Assembly (NCBI GenBank): GCA_963767805.1
Contig: CAVYFP010000019.1
Span: forward strand, 136,039 to 200,038
DNA from: an uncultured Alphaproteobacteria bacterium
Lineage (GTDB): Bacteria; Pseudomonadota; Alphaproteobacteria; Rhizobiales; Beijerinckiaceae
Direction of reading: 5' to 3'
DNA: 64,000 bases
Below, in pieces: positions 35,717 to 45,640 of this stretch (position 1 is its first letter; every line of letters starts with the position of its first letter). The position numbers were made by a program, and so were the translations under genes. The notes beneath the pieces are model-generated. The model had not been told where the DNA came from. It ran no database searches and worked only from the letters and a program-made list of their open reading frames with translations.

Positions 35717-36916
35717 CTAATCCGCTTTCTTCGCGCGGGATAAGGCATTGCCGACGCGGAAACGGAGCTTTGCAAACGTCAGCGAGCGTCGGCTGAAGCC
35801 AAGCCGCGCCAGCCAGGACTGCGTCTCGGCGACGCCAATCAGTCCAGCGAAAGTATCGAATTCGGCCATTATTTTTGTGGCGAGATAGGACTCGCATGGC
35901 ACGCCGGACGGACAAAGCCGCGGCCATGAATCGTTCAACGCCCCCAACGCCCTCATATAATAATCAATGCTTGGAAGCAGCGTCAAGAAACTGCTCGCGT
36001 TGGCGATCATGTGATTGATCAGCATCTTCCGGCAATGCTGTTCCTCATCATATTTGCCTCCGCGTTCGAAATTCACAACGCCGTTGAGGGTTGGATGCTT
36101 CGAAAATATATTCGAGCCGTGAATACGATAGAAAACCAGAGGACGATCAATCAGGACGCTTCCAGTCAGCACGCTGATCCCTCGAAGAAGATAGCTGTCA
36201 AGACATCCTAAAAGGTCGCCAAGGCTCTTCTTGTTCAGAAACAATTTCACTGCGTCACGGCGAAAACAGTTAGCCGATGTTGGCGACCACGCCCAATTGG
36301 CGTCCATCGGCTCCACGAAACGAACTTCGGACGCAAGCGCCGCGTCTGGGCCTGGCAATGGCCAGAGTTCAGGGGCGCTTTCATCAATGCGCCGCAAAAG
36401 ATCCGCCTTGACGCCTTTTCCGGATCGCATGAATTCTGTCTGATTCAAATAAGTGCCGAGCACAACTCGCGTTCCCGCCACTTGAATCATATCGGCGGAC
36501 GTTACGCCCACAGCAATGCGAAGCGACAAGTGCACAAAAATATGCGTTTCGACACATGAGTTGAGCAAAGCATCGTCTGCATCCAGGAAAATGACATATT
36601 CGCCTGCGCTCGATTCGAAACCTTCCGTCGCAGCTATGCAAAGACCCGCGTTATCGGCTCGTCGCAATATGGTGATGTCCGGATAGCGCTTCGCGAGATC
36701 GGCGATGATTTCGGAGCTGTCATCGGTCGACGCGTTATCGACAATGATGCACTCTATGTTCGGATAGTTTTGCGCAAAGACGGAATCCACGGTTTGGCGG
36801 AGAAAACGCCCATAATTGTAATTGACTACGATTACGCTTACCAAGGGCAAGCCGAACGTTGGCGAACCGTTCGCGGCGGCCCCGTGCGCAAGGCGCGCCT
36901 CGTTAGAAAAATTCAT
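35717..36916 (-). CDS. Glycosyltransferase family 2
   Basis: LVSVIVVNYNYGRFL, IIVDNASTD, YVIFLDADD, YRIHGSN; lower GC than the flanks. Confidence 0.9.
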   Translation of the reverse strand: MNFSNEARLAHGAAANGSPTFGLPLVSVIVVNYNYGRFLRQTVDSVFAQNYPNIECIIVDNASTDDSSEIIADLAKRYPDITILRRADNAGLCIAATEGFESSAGEYVIFLDADDALLNSCVETHIFVHLSLRIAVGVTSADMIQVAGTRVVLGTYLNQTEFMRSGKGVKADLLRRIDESAPELWPLPGPDAALASEVRFVEPMDANWAWSPTSANCFRRDAVKLFLNKKSLGDLLGCLDSYLLRGISVLTGSVLIDRPLVFYRIHGSNIFSKHPTLNGVVNFERGGKYDEEQHCRKMLINHMIANASSFLTLLPSIDYYMRALGALNDSWPRLCPSGVPCESYLATKIMAEFDTFAGLIGVAETQSWLARLGFSRRSLTFAKLRFRVGNALSRAKKAD

Positions 36917-37324
36917 TTTAATCTCGCGTATTTTTGAAAATTTACATAATAAGACCGAAATATCCGGAATCTCTTAAGCGGCATTTCTGTTCGATTCAAG
37001 TCCAGGTTATTTCTCTAATCCCTTTATATCGCGCGTCGCCATGGCGCCGGGGCCGGGCCATCGTTTGAAGGGAAGCGATAGCTGCGGCCGGCCGATCTGT
37101 TGACGCGATGCAGCTTGACTTTTTGCTGCAAAGCAGCGATATAGCATCCATCTGCTCAAAAGTAGATGTTGGCGCGCCGATTGCGTGAAGGATAGGTTTC
37201 TATCCTCCTGTCGGACGCCCGGCGCAATCCGCTCGACAGCCCAGGCCACGCAGGGCGTCCAACTATTTTCAGCCCGTTTCCCGCCGCCCGGCGGCGCTTA
37301 TCGAGCTTATCGAAAGATCCCCAC

Positions 37325-38689
37325 TTGCAAGATTTCTCCGGACTCGGCCTCGCCGCGCCCCTTCTCCTTGCCCTGAGCAAACTCGGCTATGTCAAGCCGA
37401 CCCCAATTCAGGCGCAAGCCATTCCTCACCTCATGGCGGGCCGCGATCTCGTCGGCATCGCCCAGACCGGCACCGGCAAAACCGCCGCCTTCGCCCTGCC
37501 TATTCTCAATCATCTGCTGGCCAATCCGCAGCAGCCGCCCCGCGGCGGCGCCCGCGTCCTGGTGCTGAGCCCGACGCGCGAGCTGGCGAGCCAGATCGCC
37601 GAGAGCTTCCGCACCCTCGGCTCGCAGATGCAGCTTTCCGTCGCCGTCGTTTTCGGCGGCGTGCCGCATGGCGCGCAGATCCGGGCGCTGGCGAAGGGCC
37701 TCGACGTGCTCGTCGCGACGCCGGGGCGCCTCGTCGATCATCTCGACAGCCGCGTCGCCCATCTCGGCAAGACTGAATTCTTCGTCCTCGACGAAGTTGA
37801 CCAGATGCTCGACCTCGGCTTCGCCAAGTCGATCCGCCGCATCGTCGGCACGCTGCCGAAGCAGCGCCAAAATCTGTTCTTCTCGGCGACCATGCCGACC
37901 GAGATCGCAAAGCTCGCCGCCGAATTGCTGCGCGATCCCGTGCAGGTTTCGGTGACGCCGGTGGCGAAGACCGCCGACCGCGTCAACCAGCAGGTTCTGT
38001 TCGTCGAGACCCATCGCAAGCGCGACGTGCTCGTCGATCTCCTCGGCGATTCCGCGATGGCGCGCACCATCGTCTTCACGCGCACCAAGCGCGGCGCGGA
38101 CAAGGTGACCCAGCATCTCGACGCCGCCGGCATCGCCGCCGTCGCCATTCACGGCAACAAGAGCCAGAGCCAGCGCGAGCGCTCGCTTGAAGCCTTCAAG
38201 GCGGGACGCGTCCGCGCCCTCGTCGCGACCGACATCGCCGCCCGCGGAATCGACATCGACAACGTCACCCATGTCGTCAATTTCGACCTTCCCGAGGTCG
38301 CCGAAGCCTATGTCCACCGCATCGGCCGCACCGCCCGCGCGGGCGCCGAAGGCGTCGCCATCTCGCTCTGCGACGGAGCCGAGCGCGACCTCCTGCGCAA
38401 CATCGAAAAGCTGACGCGCAACGCCCTGCCGACGCAGGACCGCCGCGCCGCCCCGGGCTCGCCCGAGTTGAAGCCGCCGGCGCGGGCGGCGACGCCGGCC
38501 CGCCATTATCAGGACCGGCCGCAGCAGGGCCACCAGCAGGATCGCCATCAGCAAGAGCGCCGTGCCGGCGCCGGCGCGGCGCGTCCGCATGGACGCAGCG
38601 CGGGAGCCCATCCGGTCGCGGCGAGGGCGCCCTATGGCGCCGCCGCCAGACCGCAGGGCCAGAGGCCGCGCGGCGACGCCGCCGTCTGA
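37325..38689 (+). CDS. DEAD-box RNA helicase (RhlE-like)
   Basis: PTPIQ, AQTGTGKT, PTRELA, TPGRL, DEVD, SAT, HRIGRTARAG. Confidence 0.95.
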   Translation: MQDFSGLGLAAPLLLALSKLGYVKPTPIQAQAIPHLMAGRDLVGIAQTGTGKTAAFALPILNHLLANPQQPPRGGARVLVLSPTRELASQIAESFRTLGSQMQLSVAVVFGGVPHGAQIRALAKGLDVLVATPGRLVDHLDSRVAHLGKTEFFVLDEVDQMLDLGFAKSIRRIVGTLPKQRQNLFFSATMPTEIAKLAAELLRDPVQVSVTPVAKTADRVNQQVLFVETHRKRDVLVDLLGDSAMARTIVFTRTKRGADKVTQHLDAAGIAAVAIHGNKSQSQRERSLEAFKAGRVRALVATDIAARGIDIDNVTHVVNFDLPEVAEAYVHRIGRTARAGAEGVAISLCDGAERDLLRNIEKLTRNALPTQDRRAAPGSPELKPPARAATPARHYQDRPQQGHQQDRHQQERRAGAGAARPHGRSAGAHPVAARAPYGAAARPQGQRPRGDAAV

Positions 38690-38714
38690 TCCAACACAGA
38701 TTTCATTGAGATCT

Positions 38715-38788
38715 CGCCGCGCGGGTCAACCCGCGCGGCGTTTTTTTACGGTCAATTTGGCGCGGCTCACCCCGCGCGGCGTTTTTTT
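38715..38788 (+). terminator. Intrinsic terminator after the helicase, with a duplicated downstream arm
   Basis: Perfect 11-bp stem CGCCGCGCGGG-TCAA-CCCGCGCGGCG plus T7; CCCGCGCGGCGTTTTTTT recurs at 38771-38788. Confidence 0.85.
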
Positions 38789-38848
38789 GACCCCGGCACA
38801 GGTGCTGCTTCCGGCTGAGGCGCCCTGCCCCGCGGGCGTTCGGGCGCG

Positions 38849-40327
38849 TCAGCCCTCGATCTGCTCGAGGCTCACGCCGGTCGTGTCGATCCTGAATGCA
38901 AAGGTGATGACCGCGCCGAGAAGCGACGTCCCCACGAGAATGTAGAGCAGCGCCTGCGTTCCGATGTCCGCCAGCAGGATCGGGAATAAAAAAGCGGTTG
39001 TAACCGCGCCGATCTTTGCGAAAGCCGCCGCGAATCCAGCGCCCTTGCCGCGCAGGCGGGTCGGAAAAACCTCGCCCGCGATGAGATAGGTCTGCGCGTT
39101 CGGCCCGAGGTTCGTCATGAAATTGAAGATCATGAAGCCGGCGAAGATCAGCAGGATCTGGTTCCCGCCGCTGGCGTAGCTCGAAGCCGCCGCGACCGCC
39201 AGACCGGCGGCGCAGCCAATGAAGCCGAAGATCTGAAGGCGGATGCTGCCGACCTTGTCGACGAGAAGGATGGCGAAGACGATGCCGACGATCAGCAACA
39301 GGTCGATGAGGCCGGCGCCCTTGGCCGCGAGCACGTCATTGTTGATGAGGTCGGTGAGGTTGCGCACATGCGCCGTCTTGTGGCCGATCGAGGCGGCGAG
39401 GATCGTCGGCGTGAAAATGCCGATGCCATAGGTTCCAAGGTCCTGAAGAAACCACGGAACGGAGGCGAGAATTGTCGCGCGGCGATTTTTCCTTTTGAAG
39501 AGCGCGGAAAATTTCCGCTCCGAGCGCCCGGCGCCGGTCTCCGCCAGCAGCACCTCTTTTGGATGCATTGGCTTGCGCGCAAGCAGACGCTCGACCTGCT
39601 TCTCGGCATCGGCTTTGCGCCCCCTCGCAAGCAGCCAATGCGGGCTTTCCGTGATCCAGAAGCGGCCGAGAATGACGATCACGGCCGGAATGATGGCGGT
39701 TGCATACATCCAGCGCCAGGCGCCGACCTCGGGAATGTTCTTCAGCACGAGATAGCCGATGACCGTCCCGGTCAGCGCGCCGAGCGCCTGGAAGGCGAAG
39801 GCGCCGATCACGAGGCGCCCGCGCATGCGGCTCGGAATGCTTTCGGAAATGATCATATGGGCGGTCGGATAATCGCAGCCGAGCGCGACGCCGAGACCGA
39901 AAAGGAAAATGACCAGCCAGAAATAATTTGGGCTCACCACCAGCAGGCACAGGAAAACGACGAAAATCGCCATTTCGGCGATGAACATGACCTTGCGGCC
40001 GAAATAGTCCGCGAGCCCGCCAAGGCCGATGGCGCCGACAAGGATGCCAAAGAGGCTCGCCGCGCCGATCACGCCATGCTGGGCTTTCGTGATGTCGAAT
40101 TCCTGCGCGATGAGCGGCAGGGCGACGCCGGTCATGAAGACGACGAGACCCTCGAAAAACTTGCCCGCTGCGGCGAGCGTCCAGATGCGCCATTGCATCG
40201 AGGTCATCGGCGCCGATCCGAGCGCCGTCCCGTCGGTCCAGATCGGCGTCTCGTCGATATAGGCCTGAACCGATTGCCCGCGCAGCGCCGCTTTCTGTTC
40301 CTTCACGGATATATCTGCGCCGCTCAT
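38849..40327 (-). CDS. MFS transporter (sugar/aromatic acid:H+ symporter-like)
   Basis: LADYFGRK, LGCDYP..HMIISES.PSRMRG, GEVFPTRLRG.GAG; 12-TM pattern. Confidence 0.92.
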   Translation of the reverse strand: MSGADISVKEQKAALRGQSVQAYIDETPIWTDGTALGSAPMTSMQWRIWTLAAAGKFFEGLVVFMTGVALPLIAQEFDITKAQHGVIGAASLFGILVGAIGLGGLADYFGRKVMFIAEMAIFVVFLCLLVVSPNYFWLVIFLFGLGVALGCDYPTAHMIISESIPSRMRGRLVIGAFAFQALGALTGTVIGYLVLKNIPEVGAWRWMYATAIIPAVIVILGRFWITESPHWLLARGRKADAEKQVERLLARKPMHPKEVLLAETGAGRSERKFSALFKRKNRRATILASVPWFLQDLGTYGIGIFTPTILAASIGHKTAHVRNLTDLINNDVLAAKGAGLIDLLLIVGIVFAILLVDKVGSIRLQIFGFIGCAAGLAVAAASSYASGGNQILLIFAGFMIFNFMTNLGPNAQTYLIAGEVFPTRLRGKGAGFAAAFAKIGAVTTAFLFPILLADIGTQALLYILVGTSLLGAVITFAFRIDTTGVSLEQIEG

Positions 40328-40557
40328 GCTGGTTGCTCCTTCGGTCTGCGCAGAGGCCAGATGCGCCATTCACGCCAGCCGCTCAACACAAGATGCCAAT
40401 GATTTCGTTTTTGTCGCATAAGCGATAAGAAAACACAGAAAAACTACGTTCCTAAGACGCGGGCCGGGCGGCGCGACTCGAAGTCGCGCGGGGCCGCCGC
40501 GCCGATGAAAAAACAATATCGAGAGAAGCGGTCAAACTGGCGGCTTTCGGAGGTTTG

Positions 40558-41070
40558 ATGCTCAAGGCCCAATTCGACATGATGGCGAATTACAACGCTT
40601 TCGCCAATCACCGCCTCTTCGAGGCCGCGGCGGCGCTGAGCGAGATCGATTATCGCGCCGATCAGGGCGCCTTTTTCAAATCGGTCGAGGGCACGCTCAA
40701 CCATCTGCTGGTCGCGGACCGCATCTGGATGAAGCGCTTCACCGGCGCCGGCGCGGCGCCCGACCGGCTGGACGCCATATTGTTCCGGGATTTCGCCGCG
40801 CTGCGCGCCGCGCGCGAGGCCGAGGACAGCCGCATCCGCGTCTATGTCGACGCGCTGACCAGCGACGAAATCCTACGCAAGATCACTTATCGCAGCATCA
40901 GCTCGGCGAAGTTGATCGAGCAACCCATGTGGCAGGCGCTTGCCCATTTCTTCAACCACCAGACGCATCATCGCGGCCAGGTTCATGCGCTGCTGACGCG
41001 GATCACGGGCGCGGCGCCGGAGCTTGACCTTTTGATCTATCAGCGGCTCGCGAAGGCAGGCGCCGCGTGA
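40558..41070 (+). CDS. DinB family protein
   Basis: YN..AN.RL, FFKSV.GTLNHLLVAD.IW, HFFNHQTHHRGQ. Confidence 0.92.
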   Translation: MLKAQFDMMANYNAFANHRLFEAAAALSEIDYRADQGAFFKSVEGTLNHLLVADRIWMKRFTGAGAAPDRLDAILFRDFAALRAAREAEDSRIRVYVDALTSDEILRKITYRSISSAKLIEQPMWQALAHFFNHQTHHRGQVHALLTRITGAAPELDLLIYQRLAKAGAA

Positions 41071-41573
41071 GGCGCGCCGATAGCGCGCTGCGCGGCCTTC
41101 CGGCGTCGATCCTGCGCCTCATCCTCTGCCTCGCGCTTTGCGGCGCGATCGCGGCGATTGGCGGCCTCGCCACCGCGCCGCAAATTCCGGGCTGGTACGC
41201 CGGTCTGGCGAAGCCCGCCTGGACGCCGCCGAACCTCGCCTTTCCCATCGCCTGGAGCATTCTCTACACGTTGATCGGCGTCGCGCTATGGCGGCTGTGG
41301 GACCGCGCGCGGCGTCCCGGCGCGCACAGGCGCGCGCCGATCCTGCTCCTCGTTCACCTCGCGCTCAACGCGAGTTGGTCGCCGGTTTTCTTCGGCCTGC
41401 ACGCCATCCGCGCAGGCCTGGCGATCATCATCCTCATGATCGCAACGCTCGCGGCGGCGATGGCGCACAGCGCGAAGGCGGACCGGCTCGCGACCTGGCT
41501 GCTCGCGCCTTACTTTATCTGGATTTGCTATGCGGTGGCGCTGAACGGCGCGATCGCATGGCTCAACCGGTGA
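41067..41573 (+). CDS. tspO: TspO/MBR family tryptophan-rich sensory protein
   Basis: WYAGLAKPAWTPPN.AFPIAWSILY, LNASWSPVFFG, LLAPY..W..YA.ALN. Confidence 0.9.
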   Translation: MRRADSALRGLPASILRLILCLALCGAIAAIGGLATAPQIPGWYAGLAKPAWTPPNLAFPIAWSILYTLIGVALWRLWDRARRPGAHRRAPILLLVHLALNASWSPVFFGLHAIRAGLAIIILMIATLAAAMAHSAKADRLATWLLAPYFIWICYAVALNGAIAWLNR

Positions 41574-41592
41574 TCAAGCGCCGCGCCGGTTT

Positions 41593-42637
41593 CTACTGAT
41601 AGGCCATGCGCAGATCGAGCGTCCCCTCGACGCCGATCTTGTCATAATTCGCCGCGAGCCATTCCTTCGCGGCGGCGCGCCCGAAACCGTGCAACTGCTC
41701 GATCATGGTCCAGGACGCCCGCGCTTTCGTCGAGGCGGCGAAGGGCGCGAGCGCCGCGCCGCCATCGATGCGATGCGGCCGCGTGCGCATGTATTCGTCG
41801 CCCGAAAGCCTGCCCTTGTCGATCAGCCTGTTGACGAAATCCATGGCGCGGAATTCGCCCATCAACGCGCCATTGAACGTGATCTCGTTCAGCCGGTCCT
41901 GAATGTCGCGCGCGGTTTTCGGCACGGGAATGCGCTCGATCGGATTGATCTGCACGATCAATATGTCGGCGGCAGCCGGTTTTGTAGAACAGAGGAAACA
42001 GCGCCGGATTGCCCATATAGCCGCCGTCCCAATAGGGGACGCCGGCGATCTCGACCGCCTGAAACAGGAACGGCAGGCAGGCCGAGGCCATCACATGATC
42101 GGCGCTCAGTTCGTGGCGCTCGAACACCGCGACGCGGCCATTATGCACATTGGTCGCGGAGACGAAGAGCTTCACCTCCTCGCAGGCGCGCACCTTCTCG
42201 AAATCAATGGTTTTGACGAGATGGTCGCGCAGCGGATTGATGTTCAGCGGATTGAAGTCGTAGGGGCTCGAATAATGGGTCAGGAAATCCGACCACCAAT
42301 AGGCGAGATTGGCCTGCAGCGGCCAGTCCTGAAAAAACAGATGGACGAATTTCTGCTGCGCCGGCGTGAAGGCGCCCTCATCGCTGATCGAACGCCAGAA
42401 TTTGGCGAGGCTCTTGCGCGCGCCCTCGCGGCCGCCCTCGAGATAGCCTTCGGCGAAAACGACGGCGTTCATCGCGCCGGCGCTGGTGCCGGTGATCGCC
42501 TCGACGTCGAGCCGGCCGTCCTCGAGGATCGCATCAAGGACGCCCCAGGTGAAGGCGCCATGCGAGCCGCCGCCCTGCAGGGCGAGGCTGATCTTCTTCT
42601 GCCCCGTCCAATCGATCGGCGCCGGCTCGTCGTTCAT
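41593..42637 (-). CDS. Patatin-like phospholipase / putative PHB depolymerase, frameshifted near 41972
   Basis: LQGGGSHGAF, GTSAG nucleophile elbow, YWDGGY; the C-terminal piece VQINP continues in a shifted frame. Confidence 0.88.
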
Positions 42638-42665
42638 GCGCGGTCTTTCTTTTCCTGACGTCGAA

Positions 42666-43450
42666 TCATTCAGCCGTCCAGCCGCCGTCGATCGAGTAAT
42701 TGGCGCCGGTGATGTTCTTCGCCGCGTCGCTGGTGAGGAAGACCGCCAGCCCCGCCACCTCGTCGACGGTGACGAATTCCTTGGTCGGCTGGGCCGTCAG
42801 CAGCACGTCGTTGATGACCTGCTCGCGGGTCAGATGGCGCGCCGCCATGGTGTCGGGGATCTGCTTTTCGACGAGAGGCGTCCAGACATAGCCGGGTGAA
42901 ATGCAATTCACCGTGATGCCGAATTGGCGGTCTCCAGCGCCGCCGTCTTGGTCAGCCCGTCGATGCCGTGCTTGGCGCTGACGTAAGCCGATTTGAAGGG
43001 CGAGGCCACCTTCGAATGGGCCGAGGCGGTCGAGATGATGCGGCCCCATTTGCGCGCCTTCATGCCGGGAATCGCGGCGGCGATGGCGTGGAAGGCGGCG
43101 GAAAGATTGATGGCGATGATGAGGTTCCAGCTGTCGATCGGAAATTCCTCGATCGGCGCGACATGCTGGATGCCGGCGTTGTTGACGAGAATGTCGACGC
43201 TGCCGAGGGCTTTCTCGGCGTCCGCCACCATCGCGCGGATTTCCTCGGGCTTCGTCATGTCGGCCGGGCTGTAGCGCGCCGTGACGCCGAAATCCTTCTC
43301 GATGCCGGCGCGCTCGGCCTCGATCGCCGCCGCGTCGCCGAATCCATTGATGGTGACATTGGCGCCTTCCTTGGCGAAGGCGCGGGCGATGGCGAGCCCG
43401 ATGCCGCTGGTCGAACCGGTAACGATGGCGTTGCGCGTTTTCAGGGACAT
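42666..43450 (-). CDS. bdhA: 3-hydroxybutyrate dehydrogenase, frameshifted near 42926
   Basis: TGSTSGIG, NNAGIQHVAP, SAYVSAKHG, then (shifted) GITVNCISPGYVWTPLVEKQI and QPTKEF. Confidence 0.9.
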
Positions 43451-43622
43451 GGATTGGCTCCGTAACGTGGCGCGGATGCGCGGGAAGCTTTGGCGGGGGA
43501 CTTTAAGCCGGGAACTTGGCGACGGCTCTTTCTACAACGGGAATCAGGAAACGCGCGAGTCGTTCGGCGGTTTCGCCGCCGCGCGGTTCGCCTTCCGAGC
43601 TTCTTTGCGATATATTGCAAGT

Positions 43623-44171
43623 ATGACAGTTTCACGCGCGGCGCCCCCCTTCCGCGAGCCCGCGGCGCAGGATCACGCGGAGCATCATCACGAGCCTGCC
43701 GCGCGTGGCGACGAGCCCGCGGCGCGCGGCTGCGGCGAGGGCGCGCTGACGGCTGCGCTCGCCCTTTGCCGGGACGAGGGCATCGCCCTGACGCCGGGCC
43801 GGCGGCGCATTCTGGAAATTCTCGCCCGCGAGGGCCGCCCGCTCGGCGCCTATGACCTCATCGACCGGGTGGCGGCGGAAACCGGCAAGCGCCCGGCCCC
43901 GATCTCCATTTATCGCGCGCTTGATTTCCTGCTCGAGAATAATCTCATCCACCGGCTCGCCTCGCGCAACGCCTATCTCGCCTGCGGCCACGGCCACGCC
44001 CGCCAGGCCGCCATCGCCTTTCTGATCTGCGAGGCTTGCGGCGCGGTGGAGGAAGCCGATTCCGGCGCCCTGCGCGGCAGCCTGGCGGCCCTGACCACAG
44101 AGGCGCATTTCTCGCCCCGCGCGCAGGTGATGGAGGTCACGGGACTGTGCCGGGCGTGCGCGGGAGCGTGA
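43623..44171 (+). CDS. Fur-family transcriptional regulator (Zur-like)
   Basis: LTPGRRRILEIL, GAYDL, PISIYRALDFL, HRLASRNAYLAC, CEAC..CRAC. Confidence 0.88.
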   Translation: MTVSRAAPPFREPAAQDHAEHHHEPAARGDEPAARGCGEGALTAALALCRDEGIALTPGRRRILEILAREGRPLGAYDLIDRVAAETGKRPAPISIYRALDFLLENNLIHRLASRNAYLACGHGHARQAAIAFLICEACGAVEEADSGALRGSLAALTTEAHFSPRAQVMEVTGLCRACAGA

Positions 44172-44305
44172 AATCACCCATAATTTCTATATTCTGCATG
44201 TTACTCATATATTCCGTCACATAATATTCTCGCTCAGTCGGCCATAAATCTCGTCTCCATCCGGCTTTGTCGGTCCATGGAGATATTGACCTGCTGTTAT
44301 CTTGC

Positions 44306-45023
44306 TTAGATTCGTTTCGTAGCCGCCCAGGCGCCAAACAAGAATGTTTGATAGAAGCGAATGGGAGCCTCGAATCCCGCCGCATTTAGCAAGTCAAATA
44401 ACTCGCTCTCAGGAATGAAAGAAACGTCACGATCAATGTGGGCGCGGTCTTTGGCCAATTCCTGCTCCGAAACGCCGTGAGATGCATAGGAAACCATCCA
44501 GGCATCCAACAATTGTCCGAATGCCGGCGAGGCCTTGTCGCCAAACAGGTCAGCGAGGATAAATACTCCTCCTGGCTTCAAGTTGGCGGAGACCGCGCGA
44601 AAATAAGCGAGTTTCTCTTCTTTTCCTTGATGAAATGGGACACAAATACAGACGATGCGGCATCGAATGGCGCTGATGACTGATAATCTTCCAAGCGACC
44701 GTTGAAGAACGTCGCGCGATTTGCCATCCCGGCATCAACAATTCGGTCGTGACAAGCCTTTAGCATGTCGCGGGAGGGATCAACGGCGGTGAAGCGCCAG
44801 GAACCGAAAACTTGCCCAAGGCGAGGATTTCAGCTCCGGTTCCTGCGCCTGAGGAAAGAAAATTGGCTTGTTCAGGCAAGCGTCGCAACCACGCCGCAAT
44901 AATTTGATGCAACACATCATAACTTGGACAGAAATATCGAATTCGACGGTCATATTTCGCCGCCAATTTTTCATCGAAATGTATTGTTGCATCAAATTGT
45001 TCGAAGGCTTGCATCATAGACAC
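44306..45023 (-). pseudogene. Class I SAM-dependent methyltransferase (CmoA-like), at least three frameshifts, low GC
   Basis: YDRRIRYFCPSYD, GAGTGAE, AVDPSRDML, LKPGGVFILADL, FYQTFLFGAW spread over several frames; may be an intact gene with sequencing errors. Confidence 0.7.
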
Positions 45024-45640
45024 TTTCCCCGACCAAACATGTCTGTACCTGACGGCGTTTAAGTTGAGCGACCCGAAAAGCCATAGTTGGCTCTCATGGA
45101 GGCATCAAGGCCGAACCATCGGCGGCTGCGGCGGAAAATGCGCGGCCCGATCCCGGCAATTAATCAAAGCTCCCGCGACAGCCGCCTTAGCCCATTCCGA
45201 GCGTGAAGCGCGAACTCAGGTCGAGAACGAATGATAGAGTAAGTGCTGGTCGCAAGACTCAGCAGCAATGCATGCGATAAAGGCGGTCAAGCGCCGGGAT
45301 GCCTCGCCATAAGCGGGACAGCGACGGCGTACCTCCTTGGGCCAGCGGGCGGATCGTGCGAATGGCTTCGCCGACAAAGCCGCCATAGCGACACGCCGGC
45401 CGACAAGCCACTGAAAATACATTACATTGTCTGATCTTTCTTGAACGAAACAAGCCTTTTCAAGAATGATCTTTCGCTTCCTGAAAGCGCAGCTTGAACT
45501 TGCAGGCTTGACGCCAAAACCGTTTTTGGCCACGACTGTGGCGCTCTTCTAGGTTCAGGCTGCGCACAGGTTCAGATCGCGCCGGCCACGATTCGCCGGC
45601 CACGATTGCGCCGCGCCAAAATCTCGGGAAACCGCTCCGC

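Noticed and set aside
40400-40557. LexA box upstream of the dinB-family gene
   Set aside because: No GTTC-N7-GTTC or GAAC-N7-GAAC match was found.
45200-45460. Cobalamin/SAM riboswitch or 6S RNA upstream of the methyltransferase
   Set aside because: The conserved cores of these RNAs were not found in the required orientation, and the context does not fit 6S; kept only as a generic candidate.
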